From an uncultured Gammaproteobacteria bacterium (lineage in GTDB: Bacteria > Pseudomonadota > Gammaproteobacteria > Pseudomonadales > Pseudohongiellaceae), in assembly GCA_903887045.1 (NCBI GenBank), contig CAISOD010000075.1, positions 1 through 60,674 of the forward strand: DNA of 60,674 bases, in the 5' to 3' direction. The notes under the pieces are model-generated. The model was given only the letters and a program-made list of their open reading frames with translations. It was not told the DNA's origin and ran no database searches. Of this stretch, positions 27,708 to 37,738 are shown piece by piece (the stretch's first letter is position 1; every line of letters starts with the position of its first letter). The position numbers and the translations under genes were made by a program.

Positions 27708-30111
27708 TGCGGTCGGTGGAAATCTCGCCTGCTGGCGTGCCTTCATCGGCATAGGGCGGCAGTTCCTCCGCCTTGAAGATTTCGAAGAGTGCATCAGCTT
27801 CACCGGGCCGTGCCCTCAGGCCAGTCTTGCTGTTGATGCGGACAGTGGCAACGCCGTCTGGCTGGCCCATACTGTTTTCCGGTTTTCCTTCCAGCACGAC
27901 TTTCATGTAATCAATCCAGATTGGTAGTGACACCGTTGCTGCCTGCTCATTGCTGCCCAGACTCTGCGGCTGGTCGTAGCCGATATAGACCGTCGCCTCG
28001 ACATCGCCATTGAAACCCGAGAACCACAGATCAAAGGCATCGTTGGTGGTGCCGGTCTTGCCAGCCAGATCGGTGCGTTCGAAGGCGCGGTCGACCGAGC
28101 GGGCGCTGCCATCAGTGATCACGGATTTGAGAATGCTGTTCATGATGTAGGTGGTGCGCTCCTCGAGCACGCGCGGGGCAACCGGATTGGAAAGGATATC
28201 TGTTGTCGTCGCACTGGCTGGAATTGCGATGCTGGCATCAGACTGTGCCTGGGTACTGGGAGCATGTTCACACTGGCGGCAGACCGTCACCGGATGTGCC
28301 TGGAACACTTCTCCATCGTTGAAATTGACGATTCGGTCGATCAGGTAAGGCTCTATTTTGTAACCACCATTGGCGAACACGCTGTAGCCGGTGGCTACCT
28401 CAAGCGGCAGCACGGCGTGTGAGCCGATCGCCACTGTCAGATCGTCGCGTGGAAAGTCTTGTTGCTTGAAACCGAAGCGGGCGATGTAGGGCAAAGCCAC
28501 ATCCTCACCCAGCGCCTCGAACAGCCGAAGCGATACAAGGTTCTTCGATTGGGTGAGTGCATACTTCAAACGTATAGGCCCCATGAAGTCGCCCCCAAAA
28601 TTCTCTGGTCGATAGTCGGATCGAGCCAGCGGCGCATCGTTGATCAGCGTGGCGGCGGTGTAGCCGTTTTCCAGAGCAGCGCTATACAGAAATGGTTTGA
28701 AGTTGGAGCCGGGCTGGCGCTTGGCCTGCGTAATGCGGTTGAACGAATTGGCGTTGAAATCGTAGCCGCCCGCCAACGCCAGAATGGCGCCGTTGTTCGG
28801 GTCCAACGACACTAACCCGCCGTTGACCGCGGGTACCTGCCCCAGCATCCATTTGCCGTCAGCGTCTTGTGTTATGCGAATAAGATCGCCGACTACTGCA
28901 ACTTCACGCGCGTTGCGCGGGGAAGCTCCCCATGCATTGACGTTGATGAATGGCTTGGCCCAACGAATACCATCCCAATCCAGCAGAATTTCCTGGCCGT
29001 CGCTGCGCAGCGCCGTGATGCTCTGGTCATCAACATTGGTCACAAAGGCTGGATGCTGGTCTGCCACTATGGGGGTTTGAGCAAGGATGTTGACCCAGGC
29101 AGTGGTAGTGCCGTCTGCCGACGGGTTGTAATGGTTTTCGCGGCCACGATAGCCATGGGTTCTGTCATAGCGCTCGAGTCCCTGTTCCAGCGCTTTGTCT
29201 GCAGCAGCCTGCATTTGGCTGTCTACCGTTGTGTAGACCTCGTAGCCGTCCGTAAGGGCCACTTCGCCGTAGCGGGATACCATGTCGAGACGTACCATTT
29301 CAGCGATATAAGGTGCGGCCAGATCGGGTTGGCGGCCGTAACGGCGGGCAGTTTCCGGGCTTGTCAATGCGATGTCGTACTCACCCTCATTTATCATGCC
29401 TTGGTCAAGCATGCGACGCAGCACGCGGCCGCGTTCTTCCAAGGCTCGCTGTGGTGATTGCAAAGGATTGTAAGCATTCGGGCGAGGCATGATGCCGATC
29501 AGCGTCGCTATTTCTGCCAGACTCAGGTCGTTGACGTCCTTGTCATAGTACTGACGGGCAGCCGCTGCAATACCGTAGGCCGAAACACCGAAGAACGTAC
29601 GATTGAGATAGAGCTCGAGAATCTCCTCTTTCGACAGCTCGTTCTCCATTTTGATGGCAAGCAGGATTTCCTTGAATTTACGGGAGTATGGCGCCTCTCC
29701 TTCGAAGAAAAAGTTCTTCGTCACCTGCATAGTGATAGTGCTGCCGCCACCCCAGTCGTTGCCGGTGACTATGCCCACCACCGAGCGCAGCAGCCCGAAC
29801 AGGTCGACACCGTGGTGTTCATAAAAGCGTTTGTCCTCACTGGACACCAGCGCATTGACTACTTGTAGTGGAATGGCGTCGTAGGACACCGGGTTGCTGC
29901 GCCGGCTGCCGAATTCAGCCAGCAATTTGCCGTCCCGGGAAAAGATGCGCAGCGGGTTTTCAAGTCGGATGTTGGTATAGGACTGCTTATCGGGCAGCTT
30001 GGGTGACAGGTAGAGAAAGCCGCTCGACACCAGCATGGCAGAACCCGCCATCCCGGCCAGCGCCCACCAGGACATGAATTTAAGCAATTGCTTGATGCGG
30101 GGAGCCTTCAT
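27685..30111 (-). CDS. mrcA: Penicillin-binding protein 1A (bifunctional glycosyltransferase/transpeptidase)
   Basis: GT51 motifs (EDKRFYEHHGVD, GGSTITMQV, RKFKE) and transpeptidase motifs (SNFKP = SxxK, KTGTTND). The preferred start MKAPRIKQLLKF is at 30111; the ORF extends to 30225. Confidence 0.93.
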   Translation of the reverse strand: MKAPRIKQLLKFMSWWALAGMAGSAMLVSSGFLYLSPKLPDKQSYTNIRLENPLRIFSRDGKLLAEFGSRRSNPVSYDAIPLQVVNALVSSEDKRFYEHHGVDLFGLLRSVVGIVTGNDWGGGSTITMQVTKNFFFEGEAPYSRKFKEILLAIKMENELSKEEILELYLNRTFFGVSAYGIAAAARQYYDKDVNDLSLAEIATLIGIMPRPNAYNPLQSPQRALEERGRVLRRMLDQGMINEGEYDIALTSPETARRYGRQPDLAAPYIAEMVRLDMVSRYGEVALTDGYEVYTTVDSQMQAAADKALEQGLERYDRTHGYRGRENHYNPSADGTTTAWVNILAQTPIVADQHPAFVTNVDDQSITALRSDGQEILLDWDGIRWAKPFINVNAWGASPRNAREVAVVGDLIRITQDADGKWMLGQVPAVNGGLVSLDPNNGAILALAGGYDFNANSFNRITQAKRQPGSNFKPFLYSAALENGYTAATLINDAPLARSDYRPENFGGDFMGPIRLKYALTQSKNLVSLRLFEALGEDVALPYIARFGFKQQDFPRDDLTVAIGSHAVLPLEVATGYSVFANGGYKIEPYLIDRIVNFNDGEVFQAHPVTVCRQCEHAPSTQAQSDASIAIPASATTTDILSNPVAPRVLEERTTYIMNSILKSVITDGSARSVDRAFERTDLAGKTGTTNDAFDLWFSGFNGDVEATVYIGYDQPQSLGSNEQAATVSLPIWIDYMKVVLEGKPENSMGQPDGVATVRINSKTGLRARPGEADALFEIFKAEELPPYADEGTPAGEISTDRKKEESLF

Positions 30112-30479
30112 GAGGGGGAAAAGCAAGGCGACTTTTGTGATGGACGAGGTGGTGATTGTAACTGTTTGGCTTTTACTATGGCCATGCAGGGCTGCTGTTG
30201 GGTGAGGCAAGGTACCTGCGGCCACGTTACTGCTGGCGAGATCTATCGGTTAAAACAGCATGTAGTGGGATTTTTGATTAATACCACAAGATGCTGTATC
30301 CCCTTCCAGGGATGTGTGACTTGAGCTGGCAAAAATTAAAGTAGTTTGTAGGGAGTGCGTCTAATTGGTTGAAATCAATAGCTAAATTCGATACCGTGAG
30401 ATTGGGTTGCCTGCCCTTTATTGTCTGGCGTCAAAGCTATTTGCGTGTAATTTAACCCGGGAACGGGAGGATTAGGGCT

Positions 30480-31547
30480 TTGCTCAGTTTGTTTAACAAG
30501 AAGTCAAAGAACCTGCTGGGCATCGACATCAGTTCGAGCTCAATCAAGTTGCTTGAGCTGAGCAAACAGGGCGACAAGTACCGGGTTGAGCGCTATGCCA
30601 CTCGTCCATTGCCGCCGGGTGCTGTTGTCGAAAAGAACATTGCCAATGTCGAAGCAGTTGGCGAAGAGATCGAAAAGCTGGCGACCCTCGTCAAAACCAA
30701 GACCACCGGTGCTGCGGTTGCGGTGTCGGGTTCTTCGGTAATCGCCAAGACGATTGAATTGAATGCCTCACTGACCGATCTTGAAATGGAAAACCAGATC
30801 ATTGTCGAGGCCGACCAGTACATTCCGTATTCGCTGGATGAAGTCGCCATTGATTTTGAGCGCCAGCTTCCTTCCCGCAAGAATGAAGGCATGGTTGAGG
30901 TGTTGCTGGCTGCCTGCAAGAGGGAAAACGTCGAGCTGCGGGTCGATGCGCTGCAGGTGGCGGGTTACGAGGCGATGGTCGTCGATATCGAGGCCTATGC
31001 GATGGAGCGCGCGTTCAAACTCCTCAGTGAGCAAATGGATCTGAGTCCTGAAGGCATAGTCGCCATCATGGATATCGGCGCTACAATGACCACGATTTAT
31101 ATTCTCAAGAATGGCAACTCGATCTACACACGCGAGCAGGTATTCGGAGGGGCTCGCCTGTCCAATGCTATCCAGAGTCGTTACGGGCTTTCGCCGACCG
31201 AGGCCGAAGCTGCCATTGTCAGCGGTGAGTTACCGCAGAGCTATGAGACCGATGTACTGGATCCCTTCAAGGAGGAACTGACCGAGCAATTGAGCCGTTC
31301 GCTGCAATTCTTCTTTTCGTCGAGCCAATACAATGACGTTGACTTGATTGTGCTTGCCGGGGGAGCTGCAGCCACCAAGGGGCTGGCGCAAATGGTGCAG
31401 GAATCTCTGTCCACCCGCACCATCGTGGCCAACCCGTTTGCGAAGATGTTGGTTGGCGGGCGTGTCAACAAGGCACAGCTCAAGAACGACGCATCCTCCC
31501 TGATGATGGCGAGTGGTTTGGCCATGAGGGGGTTCATGAATGACTAA
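30480..31547 (+). CDS. pilM: Type IV pilus assembly protein PilM (actin-like ATPase fold)
   Basis: Reads LLGIDISSSSIKLLEL..., 355 aa. TTG start with GGGAGG upstream. First gene of pilMNOPQ. Confidence 0.93.
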   Translation: MLSLFNKKSKNLLGIDISSSSIKLLELSKQGDKYRVERYATRPLPPGAVVEKNIANVEAVGEEIEKLATLVKTKTTGAAVAVSGSSVIAKTIELNASLTDLEMENQIIVEADQYIPYSLDEVAIDFERQLPSRKNEGMVEVLLAACKRENVELRVDALQVAGYEAMVVDIEAYAMERAFKLLSEQMDLSPEGIVAIMDIGATMTTIYILKNGNSIYTREQVFGGARLSNAIQSRYGLSPTEAEAAIVSGELPQSYETDVLDPFKEELTEQLSRSLQFFFSSSQYNDVDLIVLAGGAAATKGLAQMVQESLSTRTIVANPFAKMLVGGRVNKAQLKNDASSLMMASGLAMRGFMND

Positions 31548-32112
31548 TATCAACCTGCTCCCCTGGCGGGAAAGGCTGCGGGAAGAACGAAAACAGCAGT
31601 TCATTGTTCATCTTGGCATTGCTGCTGCGTTGGGTTTGACAGCGCTGGTGGTGGCTGACCGTATCGTCAACAGCAGCACAGATAACCAGAATGCCGTCAA
31701 CAACTACCTGCGCGAGCAGATCGCCGTAATGGACCAGAAGCTGACAGAAATACGCCAGCTGCAGGAACAAAAGGAGGCGCTCACTGCCAGGATGACTGTA
31801 ATCCAGGAACTGCAGGGCAACCGCCCGGTGATCGTACGGCTTTTCGATGAGCTTGTGCGTACCTTGCCCGATGGTGTCTATTACAACTCCGTCGCCCGCA
31901 CCAATGACAGTATTTCACTTTCAGGTGTCGCCGAATCAAACAGTCGTATCTCCGCACTGATGCGCGATCTGGATGCTTCCGAGTGGTTTGCCGATCCCGA
32001 TCTGCGTCAGGTTTCGGCGCTCGGCGGCAGCAACGCCGCAGGCGGCCAGCAGAATACCAACAACAGCTTTGAGTTGACCGTCAAAGTCACCACGCCGAGC
32101 CAGGGGTTGTAA
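31540..32112 (+). CDS. pilN: Type IV pilus assembly protein PilN
   Basis: Starts MTNINLLPWRERLREERKQQF, then a TM helix. Overlaps pilM by 8 nt. Confidence 0.9.
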   Translation: MTNINLLPWRERLREERKQQFIVHLGIAAALGLTALVVADRIVNSSTDNQNAVNNYLREQIAVMDQKLTEIRQLQEQKEALTARMTVIQELQGNRPVIVRLFDELVRTLPDGVYYNSVARTNDSISLSGVAESNSRISALMRDLDASEWFADPDLRQVSALGGSNAAGGQQNTNNSFELTVKVTTPSQGL

Positions 32113-32115
32113 CTG

Positions 32116-32760
32116 ATGAAAACCCTGGGTGATGTCAAGCAGTACGCGCAACGCTCGCTCAATGAACTCAAGACATTCAACTGGAACGATCTCAGTGATC
32201 CTGCCTCTATCGGTGCGTGGCCGGGCCCAGTAAAGCTTGTATTGTGCGCATTGCTGTTTGTAGCGGCTTTGGGTACCGGTTACTGGTTCCACATCAAGGC
32301 ATTGCAGGCAGAACTGGCACGAGTGGCAGGCGAAGAAAGCGGCTTGCGTGCAGATCTCGAATCAAAAGCCGTTTTGGCTGCCAACCTCGCAGCGTATCGG
32401 CAACAAATGGTTGAAATGGAGGAGTCTTTCGGTGATTTGCTGCGACAGTTGCCCGGTCAGACTGAAGTGCCGGGGTTGTTGGAAGACATCACATTCACCG
32501 GCCTTGGCAGCGGCCTTGAATTCAGCACTATTGCGCTACAGAGTGAAGTGACGGCAGAGTTCTACATTGAGCTCCCAATCAATATCGTGGTGACCGGCGG
32601 GTACCATGACTTAGGTGCCTTTGTCAGTGGTGTTTCCAGTCTGTCCAGGATTGTAACTTTGCATGATTTCGCCATTTCTGCCGGTGAAAACCCCAGCGAG
32701 TTGACGATGACCATCACTGCGCGCACCTATCGCTACAACTCCGGGGAAGACGAAAAGTGA
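32116..32760 (+). CDS. pilO: Type IV pilus assembly protein PilO
   Basis: 214 aa. Has a TM helix, a coiled coil and a C-terminal ferredoxin-like region (YHDLGAFVSGVSSLSRIVTLHDF). Confidence 0.9.
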   Translation: MKTLGDVKQYAQRSLNELKTFNWNDLSDPASIGAWPGPVKLVLCALLFVAALGTGYWFHIKALQAELARVAGEESGLRADLESKAVLAANLAAYRQQMVEMEESFGDLLRQLPGQTEVPGLLEDITFTGLGSGLEFSTIALQSEVTAEFYIELPINIVVTGGYHDLGAFVSGVSSLSRIVTLHDFAISAGENPSELTMTITARTYRYNSGEDEK

Positions 32761-33335
32761 GTACCCCAGTGAAAGTGTTTGATCGTTGGGGCTGGTCACC
32801 GATGCCGTTGCTGGCAGTGGCACGCTCTATTGCAGTAGCTACGGTTCTGTTGGTGGCCGGTTGCTCCAATGGAGAGAGGATTATCGAGCTGCAGAGTTAT
32901 GTGGATTCCGTCGTGCAAAGACCGCCTGGTCAGATAGAGCCTCCCCCCGAGTTCGTCTCCTACGTAGCGTTCACCTACAGTGCCGCCAGTTTGCGTGGTC
33001 CCTTCGACATTCCTGTCGATGCGGCGACAGCCTTGCGGAATCAGTTGAACAGCGAGGTAAAGCCTGATGAGACCAGACCGAAGGAATATCTCGAAAGCTT
33101 TGCATTGGGCGGGCTTGAAATGGTGGGCACCCTATCACGGTCAGGCCAGACCTGGGCCTTGGTGCGTGACGAAACCAACAATATCAACAGGGTTACTTTG
33201 GGTAACTATATGGGCCGGAATTACGGACGCATTGTTGCCATTTCCGAAACACAGATTGATGTGATGGAGATAGTGCCGACTGGCGACGGGGGATGGCTTG
33301 AGCGTCCCTCAACTGTTGCACTGGTTCAGCAGTGA
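32757..33335 (+). CDS. pilP: Type IV pilus assembly lipoprotein PilP
   Basis: Lipobox LLVAGC, with a conserved C-terminal beta domain (LEMVGTLSRSGQTWALVRDETNNINRVTLGNYMG). Start at the GTG at 32757 or the ATG at 32802. Confidence 0.85.
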   Translation: MSTPVKVFDRWGWSPMPLLAVARSIAVATVLLVAGCSNGERIIELQSYVDSVVQRPPGQIEPPPEFVSYVAFTYSAASLRGPFDIPVDAATALRNQLNSEVKPDETRPKEYLESFALGGLEMVGTLSRSGQTWALVRDETNNINRVTLGNYMGRNYGRIVAISETQIDVMEIVPTGDGGWLERPSTVALVQQ

Positions 33336-33396
33336 GTACCTGTCGTTCGGGCCGGTGCTAACGCATGCAGGCCGGCGATCTGAAGTGGAGCTGATA

Positions 33397-35580
33397 ATGA
33401 AAAGTGGCAATCTGACAAAATTCCGCAAGACAGTGTTGCAACTGTTGGGCATGGCTTTGGCCATGCTGAGTGGAATTGCCGCCGCCCAGACCACTCTTGA
33501 GAACATTGCATTCTCGGCGTTGCCCGGCGAACAGTTCGAGATCAGGCTGCAATTCGATCAGACGCCACCGTCGCCGGAAATATTCGTCGACCAGCCCGCG
33601 CGACTCACTCTCGACTTCGCCAACACCCGCAGTGGTTTGCCGGAGAGACGCTACCCCCTGAGTTTTGGAGGTGCCGACAGCGTGATGATTCTCGAGGCGC
33701 AGGGCAGGACCCGGATGATCGTAAACCTTGATACTTCCAAGCCCTATACGACCCAAACCGTAGGCAACACGCTGGTTATGGTGGTGGGGGGGCGCGGTGG
33801 GCAGGCAACAAATGCTCCGGCGCTGCTGTCGGCCACTCAACAACCTTCAGACAACCGCTTTGTTGCGCCTGTCACAGAAGGTAAAGACATAGATGGCATT
33901 GATTTTCGTCGTGGGGAAGGCAATTCGGGGCTGGTCGTGGTGGACTTGGCCAAGGGAATGTTGAATGCCACGGTTACGCAGAATGGCTCGCGCCTTTTGA
34001 TCGAATTCCCCAATGCGACTATCGAACCTGGTGAACAGGTGAAGCTTGATGTGACGGATTTCGGTACGCCGGTGGAAGGCGTCAGCATGTACCTGCAGGA
34101 TGGCAGGGTTGTTGTACAGGCTGATGTCACTGGCCAATATGAGTACCTTGCCTATCAGGCCGACGGAGAATACGTGGTCAGCGTAACCCCAGTGTTCGCT
34201 GATGCCAATGTGGCAGGCAGTTCTTCGAGCGCACCGGTTGACTACAGCGGTGACCGCATCTCGCTCAATTTCCAGGCCATTGAAGTACGCGCGATTCTGC
34301 AGATACTTGCTGACTTCAATGATTTCAGCCTCGTGGTAGGTGACAACGTTACCGGTTCGATGACATTGCGGCTTGACGATGTGCCATGGGATCAGGCCGT
34401 TGATCTGGTACTGCGTTTGCGCTCACTGGGCATGCGCCAGGTGGGTAAAGTTATGTATGTTGCTCCTGCTGTTGAACTTGCTGAATCCGAGATGCGCGAG
34501 CTTGAGTCCAATCAGCAGGTTGCTGCATTGGCCCCGCTACTCACCGAATATTTCGAGGTGAATTATGCCGAGGCGGTGGAGTTATTGACCTTGCTCCAGT
34601 CAACAGGTGAAGGGGCAGCAGGTGGTGTGCTTACGGAGCGCGGTCGTGCTTCGGTGGACGAGCGGACCAATACCATCATAGTGCAGGATGTGGAACCAGC
34701 ATTGAATCAAGTCAGGGATCTGATCAGCAAACTGGATGTGCCGGTGCGGCAGGTATTGATTGAAGCCCGTATCGTCAATGCATCTACTTCGTTCAGTGAA
34801 GCACTTGGCATACGCTGGGGTGGTGCACAGACATTCCCGGGAGCTAGCGACCGGTTTCTGTTGACTGGTGACATGAACTCCAATATTCAACTCGGCGACA
34901 ACCTGACAAATTACGCCTCTGCCATCAATTCGGCGGTTGCAGGTGGGTCAACGCTGGCTGAAGCGACGGCTACCAATACTCTGCAAGGCCCGAGTTTTCC
35001 TGACGCCTTGGTAGTGGATATGGGTATTGATGCGCCGTCGTCGATCGCACTTGGCTATGCCGGCAACACCGGGTTGTTGCAGCTCGAGCTTGCTGCGCTT
35101 GAAGCCAGCGGTAACGGTGAAGTAATTGCGCAACCGAAGATCACGACACAAGACCAGCAGCCAGCCAACATCACATCCGGTGTGCAGATTCCCTATCAGT
35201 CACAAGCTGGTGGCACTGCCGGCGGTACCACTACCCAATTTGTGACAGCAGCATTGTCACTGCAGGTTACGCCGCAAGTGACACCTGACAGTCGCATTAT
35301 CATGGAGCTGGAAATTCATCAGGATTCGGTAGTGCCTGGCTCAGGTGCTGTGCCTGCAATAGCCACCAATTCGGTAACCACGCGTGTACTGGTGAACAAT
35401 GGCGATACTGTCGTTTTGGGCGGAGTATTCAGGGAAGAGGTGACAACTTCGGTAACAAAAACTCCGATTCTGGGTGATCTGCCTTACATCGGAAATGCAT
35501 TCAAGCGGACAGAAGACTCCAGATCCAAGACGGAACTTCTGATCTTCATCACTCCTTCAGTAATCAATGAGTTGCTGTAG
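33397..35580 (+). CDS. pilQ: Type IV pilus secretin PilQ
   Basis: Signal peptide, two AMIN-like repeats, N0/N1 domains and a secretin domain (VLVNNGDTVVLGGVF...TPILGDLPYIGNAFK). Preferred start at 33397 (MKSGNLTKF). Confidence 0.93.
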   Translation: MKSGNLTKFRKTVLQLLGMALAMLSGIAAAQTTLENIAFSALPGEQFEIRLQFDQTPPSPEIFVDQPARLTLDFANTRSGLPERRYPLSFGGADSVMILEAQGRTRMIVNLDTSKPYTTQTVGNTLVMVVGGRGGQATNAPALLSATQQPSDNRFVAPVTEGKDIDGIDFRRGEGNSGLVVVDLAKGMLNATVTQNGSRLLIEFPNATIEPGEQVKLDVTDFGTPVEGVSMYLQDGRVVVQADVTGQYEYLAYQADGEYVVSVTPVFADANVAGSSSSAPVDYSGDRISLNFQAIEVRAILQILADFNDFSLVVGDNVTGSMTLRLDDVPWDQAVDLVLRLRSLGMRQVGKVMYVAPAVELAESEMRELESNQQVAALAPLLTEYFEVNYAEAVELLTLLQSTGEGAAGGVLTERGRASVDERTNTIIVQDVEPALNQVRDLISKLDVPVRQVLIEARIVNASTSFSEALGIRWGGAQTFPGASDRFLLTGDMNSNIQLGDNLTNYASAINSAVAGGSTLAEATATNTLQGPSFPDALVVDMGIDAPSSIALGYAGNTGLLQLELAALEASGNGEVIAQPKITTQDQQPANITSGVQIPYQSQAGGTAGGTTTQFVTAALSLQVTPQVTPDSRIIMELEIHQDSVVPGSGAVPAIATNSVTTRVLVNNGDTVVLGGVFREEVTTSVTKTPILGDLPYIGNAFKRTEDSRSKTELLIFITPSVINELL

Positions 35581-35647
35581 GGTCCATTAACAAGATGGTC
35601 GGTACGGACCTGCGGGGCCGGCACCAGATCAATCGCAGTTTTGCAAC

Positions 35648-36199
35648 ATGGCATCCAAACTGAACAATATTTTCCTCGTTGGGCCGATGGGCGCGGGCAA
35701 AACCACTATTGGTCGCCTCCTGGCCGAAGAGCTGCACAAGGAGTTCTTTGACTCGGACCAGGTCATCGAAGAACGTGCCGGCGCCAACATATCGTGGATT
35801 TTCGATGTGGAAGGTGAGAGCGGCTTCCGTGTGCGTGAACGCAACGTGATCCAGGAGCTCTGTGGTTACGAGAATATTGTGCTGGCGACGGGTGGTGGAG
35901 CCGTATTGGCAGAGCAGAACCGCAAGAATCTGCGCAAGGGCGGTGTTGTCGTGTACCTGATGGCCACGGTAGGTCAGCAGGTGGAACGCACCCGACGTGA
36001 TCAAAAACGTCCCCTATTGCAGAACGTCGACGATCCACGCGCACAGTTGTTGTCGCTGATGGAATCCCGCGAGCCACTGTATAGAGAGGTGGCCGATCAC
36101 ATGGTGATGACCAGTCGTCGCAGCCCCAAGGCGGTGTGCAATGAAATCCTGCAGATGCTGCGGGAGTCGGAGAGTGTGGGGGCCAATTGGAATCGCTGA
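35648..36199 (+). CDS. aroK: Shikimate kinase
   Basis: Reads [20 protein letters not shown]...FFDSD...GESGFRVRE...LATGGG. Confidence 0.93.
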   Translation: MASKLNNIFLVGPMGAGKTTIGRLLAEELHKEFFDSDQVIEERAGANISWIFDVEGESGFRVRERNVIQELCGYENIVLATGGGAVLAEQNRKNLRKGGVVVYLMATVGQQVERTRRDQKRPLLQNVDDPRAQLLSLMESREPLYREVADHMVMTSRRSPKAVCNEILQMLRESESVGANWNR

Positions 36200-37275
36200 T
36201 TGTCGAGCTCGGGGACCGAAGTTATCCCATCCACATCGGTGCTGACCTGCTGCAACAGGGCATGCTGCTTGACCCCCATCTGAAAAGCGATCAGGTCTGT
36301 ATTGTCACCAACGAAACGGTCGCGCCTCTTTATTTGGCGAAGGTAGAAGCCGCTCTCGGTACTCGCAAGATTGCGAGTGTCATTCTGCCTGACGGTGAGC
36401 AATACAAGACGCTGGATACGGTTGCCGTCATTTATGACAAATTGCTTGATCTCAATTTTTCACGCTCGGCGACCCTGATTGCACTTGGCGGCGGCGTCAT
36501 AGGCGACATGACAGGCTTTGCTGCTGCCACTTATCAGCGAGGTGTGCGTTTCATCCAGATACCTACTACATTGCTGTCGCAGGTGGACTCCTCCGTAGGC
36601 GGCAAGACCGGGGTCAACCGCCCACTCGGCAAGAACATGGTGGGTGCGTTTTACCAGCCACAATGTGTTTTGATCGATACGGCTACCCTCGATACCTTGC
36701 CCGAACGTGAACTCTTGGCCGGACTGGCTGAAGTTATCAAGTACGGGTTCATCAACAACCTGGATTTCCTGCAGTGGATTGAGGCTAATCTGCCCAAATT
36801 GCTGGCAAGGGACACGGTTGCTCTTACCCACAGCATACTGGTGAGCTGCCGGGAAAAGGCCGCGATTGTGGCGGCGGATGAAACCGAAACCGGTCTGCGG
36901 GCCATCCTGAACCTCGGCCATACCTTCGGTCATGCCATAGAAACGGCGATGGGTTATGGCGAATGGCTACATGGCGAGGCGGTGGCTACCGGTATGGTGA
37001 TGGCTGCCGATTTGTCGTGGCGGCTTGGCATGTTGAGTCAGGCGGATGCCATCCGGGCCAGGCAATTGTTGCAGCAAGCTGGTTTGCCGGTAACACCTCC
37101 GGCCATAACCAAAGAAGAATTCATACGACTCATGTCAAAGGACAAGAAGGCAGAGCAGGGCAAAATCCGCTTTGTTTTGCTGGAAGCATTGGGCAAGGCT
37201 GTGATCAAGGGCGGTGTGAGTCCTGCGGCGCTGAATGCAACCTTGGCGGCAGGCAATGCCTTGACGCAGCGATAA
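36187..37275 (+). CDS. aroB: 3-dehydroquinate synthase
   Basis: 362 aa with a TTG start. Reads [11 protein letters not shown]...[45 protein letters not shown]...[10 protein letters not shown]. Confidence 0.95.
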   Translation: MESLIVELGDRSYPIHIGADLLQQGMLLDPHLKSDQVCIVTNETVAPLYLAKVEAALGTRKIASVILPDGEQYKTLDTVAVIYDKLLDLNFSRSATLIALGGGVIGDMTGFAAATYQRGVRFIQIPTTLLSQVDSSVGGKTGVNRPLGKNMVGAFYQPQCVLIDTATLDTLPERELLAGLAEVIKYGFINNLDFLQWIEANLPKLLARDTVALTHSILVSCREKAAIVAADETETGLRAILNLGHTFGHAIETAMGYGEWLHGEAVATGMVMAADLSWRLGMLSQADAIRARQLLQQAGLPVTPPAITKEEFIRLMSKDKKAEQGKIRFVLLEALGKAVIKGGVSPAALNATLAAGNALTQR

Positions 37276-37579
37276 CAGTTGGATTTGCACTTTACGTGCA
37301 CAAATCATCTGTGCGACACTTGCAGCTGGCAGTTGCATGGACATCAGGAAGATCATCCATGAAGTTGCCATCAGGAGCTCGGGGGAACTGTCCGGGTCAT
37401 ACGTGACAAGGTGTGAAACACACCCGCAATGCTTGCCGGAATAAAGCGGTGGGCGCAGTCGCAGTATTACCGACTGGGAAAAGGACAGAAACAGCTGGAT
37501 CTTCCAGTTGGACACGCTTGTATCAAAGGCCTTGCAGACAATGCGGCCTACCGAAGTCGTCACGACTCATGATGCAGGG

Positions 37580-37707
37580 ATGATGTTTGACGTATGGATC
37601 TGGAAAAGATCGGGGGCTCTGCCTTTCAAGCAAGCGGGGTCCCAACATCAAGGGATGATCAAGTCAATTTTGTTGCCGGTAGCGGTAATGATGTTGTCGC
37701 ATGGATC
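37580..37707 (+). repeat. About 20-bp imperfect direct repeat pair in the receptor leader
   Basis: ATGATGTTTGACGTATGGATC (37580-37600) and ATGATGTTGTCGCATGGATC (37688-37707). About 17 identities with one indel. The second copy ends 32 nt before the receptor ATG. Confidence 0.7.
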
Positions 37708-37738
37708 ATTTCCAATCCAACAAGAAAGGGGAACAACT

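Noticed and set aside
37381-37480. Cobalamin riboswitch in the receptor leader
   Set aside because: Fragments resemble core elements (GGGGAA, GGTGTGAAAC, CCCGCAA, CCGACTGGGAAAAGG). However, their spacing is wrong, no clear B12 box is present, and the 979-aa receptor is not BtuB-like. An Infernal scan is needed before any such claim.
37685-37707. Fur box upstream of the receptor
   Set aside because: Only the TAATGAT half matches the 19-bp Fur consensus (about 8 of 17 positions). No dyad symmetry.
37508-37738. N-terminal extensions of listed ORFs
   Set aside because: This applies to the receptor from 37508, gltB from 40762, typA from 13052, thiI from 11476, pilQ from 33298, mrcA to 30225, bioB from 53218, gltD from 45277 and rpmE from 27367. 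In each case the family-conserved N-terminus or signal peptide begins at an internal start with a plausible Shine-Dalgarno. The extension has no homology-like content or overlaps regulatory DNA.
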